From the NCBI GenBank assembly GCA_038146865.1, contig JAYQSL010000007.1, forward strand, positions 131,190 through 195,189: a stretch of 64,000 nucleotides of DNA, given 5' to 3'. Shown here piece after piece: positions 60,457 to 64,000 of the stretch. Each line of letters opens with the position of its first letter. The stretch's first letter is position 1. The DNA is from Rhodospirillaceae bacterium (GTDB taxonomy: Bacteria > Pseudomonadota > Alphaproteobacteria > MPNO01 > UBA2964). Both the position numbers and the translations under genes were made by a program. The notes beneath the pieces were generated by a model. The model was not told the origin of the DNA and did not search any database. It worked only from the letters and a program-made list of their open reading frames with translations.

Positions 60457-62058
60457 ATGATCAAATCCGTGGAATCTCGGGAGCTTAGAAATTGGATTGT
60501 GGATGGCTCGGAACTTGCTTTGATTGATTTACGGGAGGAGGGAGAATTTAGTGCTGAGGGACATCTGCTTTTTGCGATCTGTTTACCGATTAGTCAGCTC
60601 GAAATTAGAATAAGAGAACTTGTACCACGGAAATCCGTGAGGCTGGTTTTATGCGACGGTGGCGACACAATTACTCAAATTGCTGCTGAACGTTTAGTGC
60701 AATGGGGCTATTCTAATATTTTCATACTTTCCGGTGGTTCCAAAGGCTGGGAAACGTCTGGCAACGTGCTTTTCAGAGGTGTAAATGTTCCCAGCAAAGC
60801 TTTTGGTGAATATGTAGAGCATCATTCTGGTACTCCTTCAGTAAGCCCTGAAGAACTTAAAATGCTTTTGGAACGGGGCGAAGATTTGATTGTGTTAGAT
60901 AGCAGGCCCTGGGTAGAGTATCAGCGAATGAATATCCCAACAGGCGTTGATTGTCCCGGGGCGGAACTGGCATATCGTATATATGATCTCGTTGATAATG
61001 ATCAAACAACCATAGTTGTTAATTGCGCAGGGCGAACCAGAAGCATTATTGGAGCCCAATCTCTAATAAATTTTGGTGTGGAGAATAAAGTGGTGGCTTT
61101 GCGTAATGGCACTATGGGCTGGGCTTTGGCGGGCTTTGATTTAGAACAAGGCGGGGATAGAAAATTTCCTCCGATATCCGAGAAGTGCCTTGAGGCAGGG
61201 TTATCTCGGATAGACAACGTTGTTACCAGATTTGGTGTCCAGTCAATTGATCAAAATATTGTCGAAGAATTGATCCGAAAATCAGAGGAAATATCTCTAT
61301 TTCTTCTCGATGTCCGGAACGTTGAAGAGTATGAAGCCGGGCATTTCCCGGGGTCCGTGCATGCGCCAGGGGGGCAGCTAGTGCAAGCCACAGATCGTTG
61401 GGTGGGCGTGAAAGAAGCAACCCTGATCCTATTTGATGATACGGGTATCAGGGCAAAGATGACAGCCTCTTGGCTCATTCAGATGGGATGGCGAAATATC
61501 TTTGTTATGTCTGATGTGACAGCTTTGGATAATTTGGAAAAAGGTCCGGCAATGTCTATTTTGTTGCAGCCGAGTGCTGAGGTGGCTGGCTTGTCGGTGG
61601 ATCAGGTGAAGTCTGCGATTGATCAAAGAGCAGTTGTCCTGGATTTTTCTTCGAGCCTAGATTATAAAGCGGGACATATTCCTGGAGCGTTTTGGGCTGT
61701 CAGATCTCGTCTCAAGGAGTGTTTGGCAGCAATACCGGACACGCATCAAATAATTTGCGCATGTACCGATGGTGTTCTTTCTGCTTATGCAGCTGCAGAT
61801 TTATTAGAGTTGACGGATAAGACTGTAAGCCGTCTGATCGGAGGCAATGCAGCTTGGCTTGCCTCGGAGCGGCCAATGGAAACTGGATTTCAAAATTTAA
61901 CTACGCTTAATAACGATATCCAATACAAAGCCTATGACTTTGACGAAAATATCGAAGAGCATATGCAAGAATATCTTAGTTGGGAGATTGGGCTGATAGA
62001 CCTGATCAAAGCTGATGGCACCTCGCGTTTTGTCAATTTACCAAAGGAATCCTATTGA
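60457..62058 (+). CDS. Multi-domain rhodanese-like sulfurtransferase (about four tandem rhodanese modules)
   Basis: Repeated rhodanese active-site-loop contexts (LCDGGDT, VVNCAGRTRS, ICACTDGVLS) spread over 533 aa. Confidence 0.75.
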   Translation: MIKSVESRELRNWIVDGSELALIDLREEGEFSAEGHLLFAICLPISQLEIRIRELVPRKSVRLVLCDGGDTITQIAAERLVQWGYSNIFILSGGSKGWETSGNVLFRGVNVPSKAFGEYVEHHSGTPSVSPEELKMLLERGEDLIVLDSRPWVEYQRMNIPTGVDCPGAELAYRIYDLVDNDQTTIVVNCAGRTRSIIGAQSLINFGVENKVVALRNGTMGWALAGFDLEQGGDRKFPPISEKCLEAGLSRIDNVVTRFGVQSIDQNIVEELIRKSEEISLFLLDVRNVEEYEAGHFPGSVHAPGGQLVQATDRWVGVKEATLILFDDTGIRAKMTASWLIQMGWRNIFVMSDVTALDNLEKGPAMSILLQPSAEVAGLSVDQVKSAIDQRAVVLDFSSSLDYKAGHIPGAFWAVRSRLKECLAAIPDTHQIICACTDGVLSAYAAADLLELTDKTVSRLIGGNAAWLASERPMETGFQNLTTLNNDIQYKAYDFDENIEEHMQEYLSWEIGLIDLIKADGTSRFVNLPKESY

Positions 62059-62209
62059 GCCGTTAGTCAAGATCCTTGGCCATTCCTCCGAGAAATAACA
62101 GTTCTTAATTCTTTTCAAGATCTGTCTGTCTCTCGACTAGTTGTATTGGATTTGGGCTTGGAATAGGTTGTAAGAGTGTTCGGTACTAAGAGAGGTTTAG
62201 AGGAAAAAT

Positions 62210-62479
62210 TTGGCGGTAATTGAGATATATACCACGCGGTTGTGCCCGTTTTGTATCAGAGCCAAAAGCTTGCTTAGGTCCAAGGGGGTGGAATTTACTG
62301 AAATAGCCGTGGATACAAATATGGAGCTTCGTCGTGAGATGACCGAAAGATCATGCGGCAGGAGTACCGTTCCACAAATTTTTATAAATGATGAATCGAT
62401 AGGCGGTTCCGATGATTTGGCCGCCCTCGAGAGGGAAGGACGTCTCGACGACCTGTTAGCGGCTCAACCAGGCGAATGA
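62210..62479 (+). CDS. grxC: Glutaredoxin 3
   Basis: CPFC active site and TVPQIFI...GGSDDL; 89 aa. Confidence 0.9.
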   Translation: MAVIEIYTTRLCPFCIRAKSLLRSKGVEFTEIAVDTNMELRREMTERSCGRSTVPQIFINDESIGGSDDLAALEREGRLDDLLAAQPGE

Positions 62480-62740
62480 GAGTGTGCGATGAAGAATTTT
62501 CCTCGATTTGCGCATAACGTTCTATTGGGGAGCTGTGTGGAGGCCTAATTTGATCACCTTTGAGATATAGTGTCGGAGATGTGGAGCTTAGGACTTTAAA
62601 TTAAACAATTAACGAATTATCGTTTACGTTGAAAAACTAAATAAAGTAACCATATTTTAATTGGTAAGTTTGCCAAAGTAGCTTGGTAGAGAAAGGCTTT
62701 CGATCAGGAGTAAAGCCTTTGCCAGGAGTTTAGGTGCCAT

Positions 62741-63166
62741 ATGATAAGTTTTGACCTTAAGTGTTCAAGTGATCATGAATTCGAGTCATGGTTTCAAAGC
62801 AGCGATGCTTACGAGAAATTATTAAAAGCAAAGCAGGTTAACTGTCCAATTTGTGGAGATACCAAAATATCAAAGGCTTTGATGGCACCTGCCGTCAGTG
62901 GAACAAAGAAAAAAGGGGCAGATAAATCGGCAATGGCAACAAATGCAGCCGATTATATGAAGGCAATGCGATCCATTCGTCGCAAAGTTGAAGAAAACTG
63001 TGATTACGTAGGGACCAATTTTGCCGAAGAAGCGCGGAAAATTCATTATGGCGAGGCTGATGAAAGGAATATTTATGGAGAGGCCACAGTTGACGAAGCC
63101 AAGGGGCTGAAGGATGAGGGTATTGCGTGTGAGAGGATTCCTTGGGTCCCAGAACATGACGCGTAA
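62741..63166 (+). CDS. DUF1178-family protein
   Basis: MISFDLKCSSDHEFESWFQSS...CPICGD is the characteristic DUF1178 N-terminus. It is a conserved neighbour of grxC and ubiG in alphaproteobacteria. Confidence 0.8.
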   Translation: MISFDLKCSSDHEFESWFQSSDAYEKLLKAKQVNCPICGDTKISKALMAPAVSGTKKKGADKSAMATNAADYMKAMRSIRRKVEENCDYVGTNFAEEARKIHYGEADERNIYGEATVDEAKGLKDEGIACERIPWVPEHDA

Positions 63167-63169
63167 AAA

Positions 63170-63970
63170 CTAATTTTTTTCTTTCTGTGCACAGACCATA
63201 TAATTTACCAAAGTATCGTTGCTTAAGGCCCAATCCCTTGTGAAGGGTTGGTAACTTAGTCCCGTGATACCCTTAATTCTGAGGGAATGGTCTCTAAAGA
63301 CCGAGTCGAGTTCTGAAGGCTTAATAAATTTTTCCCATTGGTGAGTCCCCAGCGGCAACATCCTCATTATTATTTCAGCGCCGATAATCGCGAAAAGAAA
63401 TGATTTTGCCGTTCGGTTTATTGTAGAGAGAATTACCGACCCACCAGGCTTTATTAGTCGCGAAAGCGCCTCGATAAAGACTGACAAGTCTGCAACGTGC
63501 TCCGCGACCTCAAGTACTAAAAGTACGTCAAATTGTTTTTTTTCTTTTACTAATGCCTCTGCAGACGTGCACTGATAATCGATGGAGATCCCTGTGGCGA
63601 TTGCATGTGATTTCGCGATTTGGATATTATTTTCGGAGGCATCGATACCCGTCACGTTTGCTCCCATCCTATGAATGGGCTCCGCTATGAGTCCGCCGCC
63701 GCACCCCACATCTAGAACTGAAAGTGATGAAAAAGGAGTCGTTTCGCTCTCATCTAGCTTGTATTCAGTGCAAATGGTTTTTCTGATCCAGTTGAGTCGA
63801 GTGGGATTTAAATCGTGCAAAGCCCTGAATTTACCGTTGTGGTCCCACCACTCATCAGCCATCGATGAGAAATGTGCAATTTCTCTCGGATCTATCGAAC
63901 GGCTTACATCATTTCGGTCAGTCAAATTAATCCTCCCGGCTGGCCTTAACACTTGCGTTTTTTTTAACAT
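63170..63970 (-). CDS. ubiG: Bifunctional 2-polyprenyl-6-hydroxyphenol methylase / 3-demethylubiquinol 3-O-methyltransferase UbiG
   Basis: SAM motif VLDVGCGGGLIAEP and UbiG family blocks; 266 aa. Confidence 0.9.
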   Translation of the reverse strand: MLKKTQVLRPAGRINLTDRNDVSRSIDPREIAHFSSMADEWWDHNGKFRALHDLNPTRLNWIRKTICTEYKLDESETTPFSSLSVLDVGCGGGLIAEPIHRMGANVTGIDASENNIQIAKSHAIATGISIDYQCTSAEALVKEKKQFDVLLVLEVAEHVADLSVFIEALSRLIKPGGSVILSTINRTAKSFLFAIIGAEIIMRMLPLGTHQWEKFIKPSELDSVFRDHSLRIKGITGLSYQPFTRDWALSNDTLVNYMVCAQKEKN

Positions 63971-64000
63971 ATAGAGTATGTAAAAGCGCGCTGCACGCGG

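Overview
This window reads as an alphaproteobacterial chromosome. The gene order ruvCAB-ybgC-tolQRAB-pal-cpoB-tilS-ftsH-folP-glmM is the main evidence, and GC looks close to 50% by eye. It is densely coding on both strands with about 65 genes. Most are core housekeeping loci:
- efp with its beta-lysylation enzymes epmA and epmB
- thiE and class I fbaB
- DUF4164-zapA, a 6S RNA, then ygfA
- ymdB, then yebC-ruvCAB, then the Tol-Pal cluster
- thiD and ilvE
- moaE-moaD-moeA-mobB-pgsA-uvrC, then folB and uvrB
- aatA, rpmB, aroB-aroK, xerD, accA, secA, argJ, mutT
- grxC, DUF1178 and ubiG

I found no tRNA, rRNA, CRISPR array, transposase or prophage.

The most unusual region is the first 3.7 kb. It holds a three-gene minus-strand operon:
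- an OmpA-like periplasmic protein with a Pro/Lys-rich linker
- a MotA/ExbB-family channel with a roughly 170-aa cytoplasmic tail
- a MotB-like protein with an N-terminal plug/TM region, a roughly 260-aa coiled coil and an OmpA_C domain

This is a stator-like module powered by the proton-motive force. It is distinct from the intact Tol-Pal cluster about 13 kb downstream and has no flagellar or TonB-receptor context, so it is the best candidate here for an undescribed envelope-spanning system. Its architecture resembles Zorya-type anti-phage stators, but no ZorC/D/E-like partners are present.

Other points of interest:
- tolA is split across three frames by two apparent 1-nt indels inside poly-A tracts.
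- A probable 6S RNA lies between zapA and the 5-formyl-THF cyclo-ligase gene, and overlaps an over-called ORF start.
- An accessory-looking module combines an EutA-like ATPase, a bicupin and a TauD-family dioxygenase.
- There are several conserved hypothetical genes.
- There are a few orphan stem-loops.
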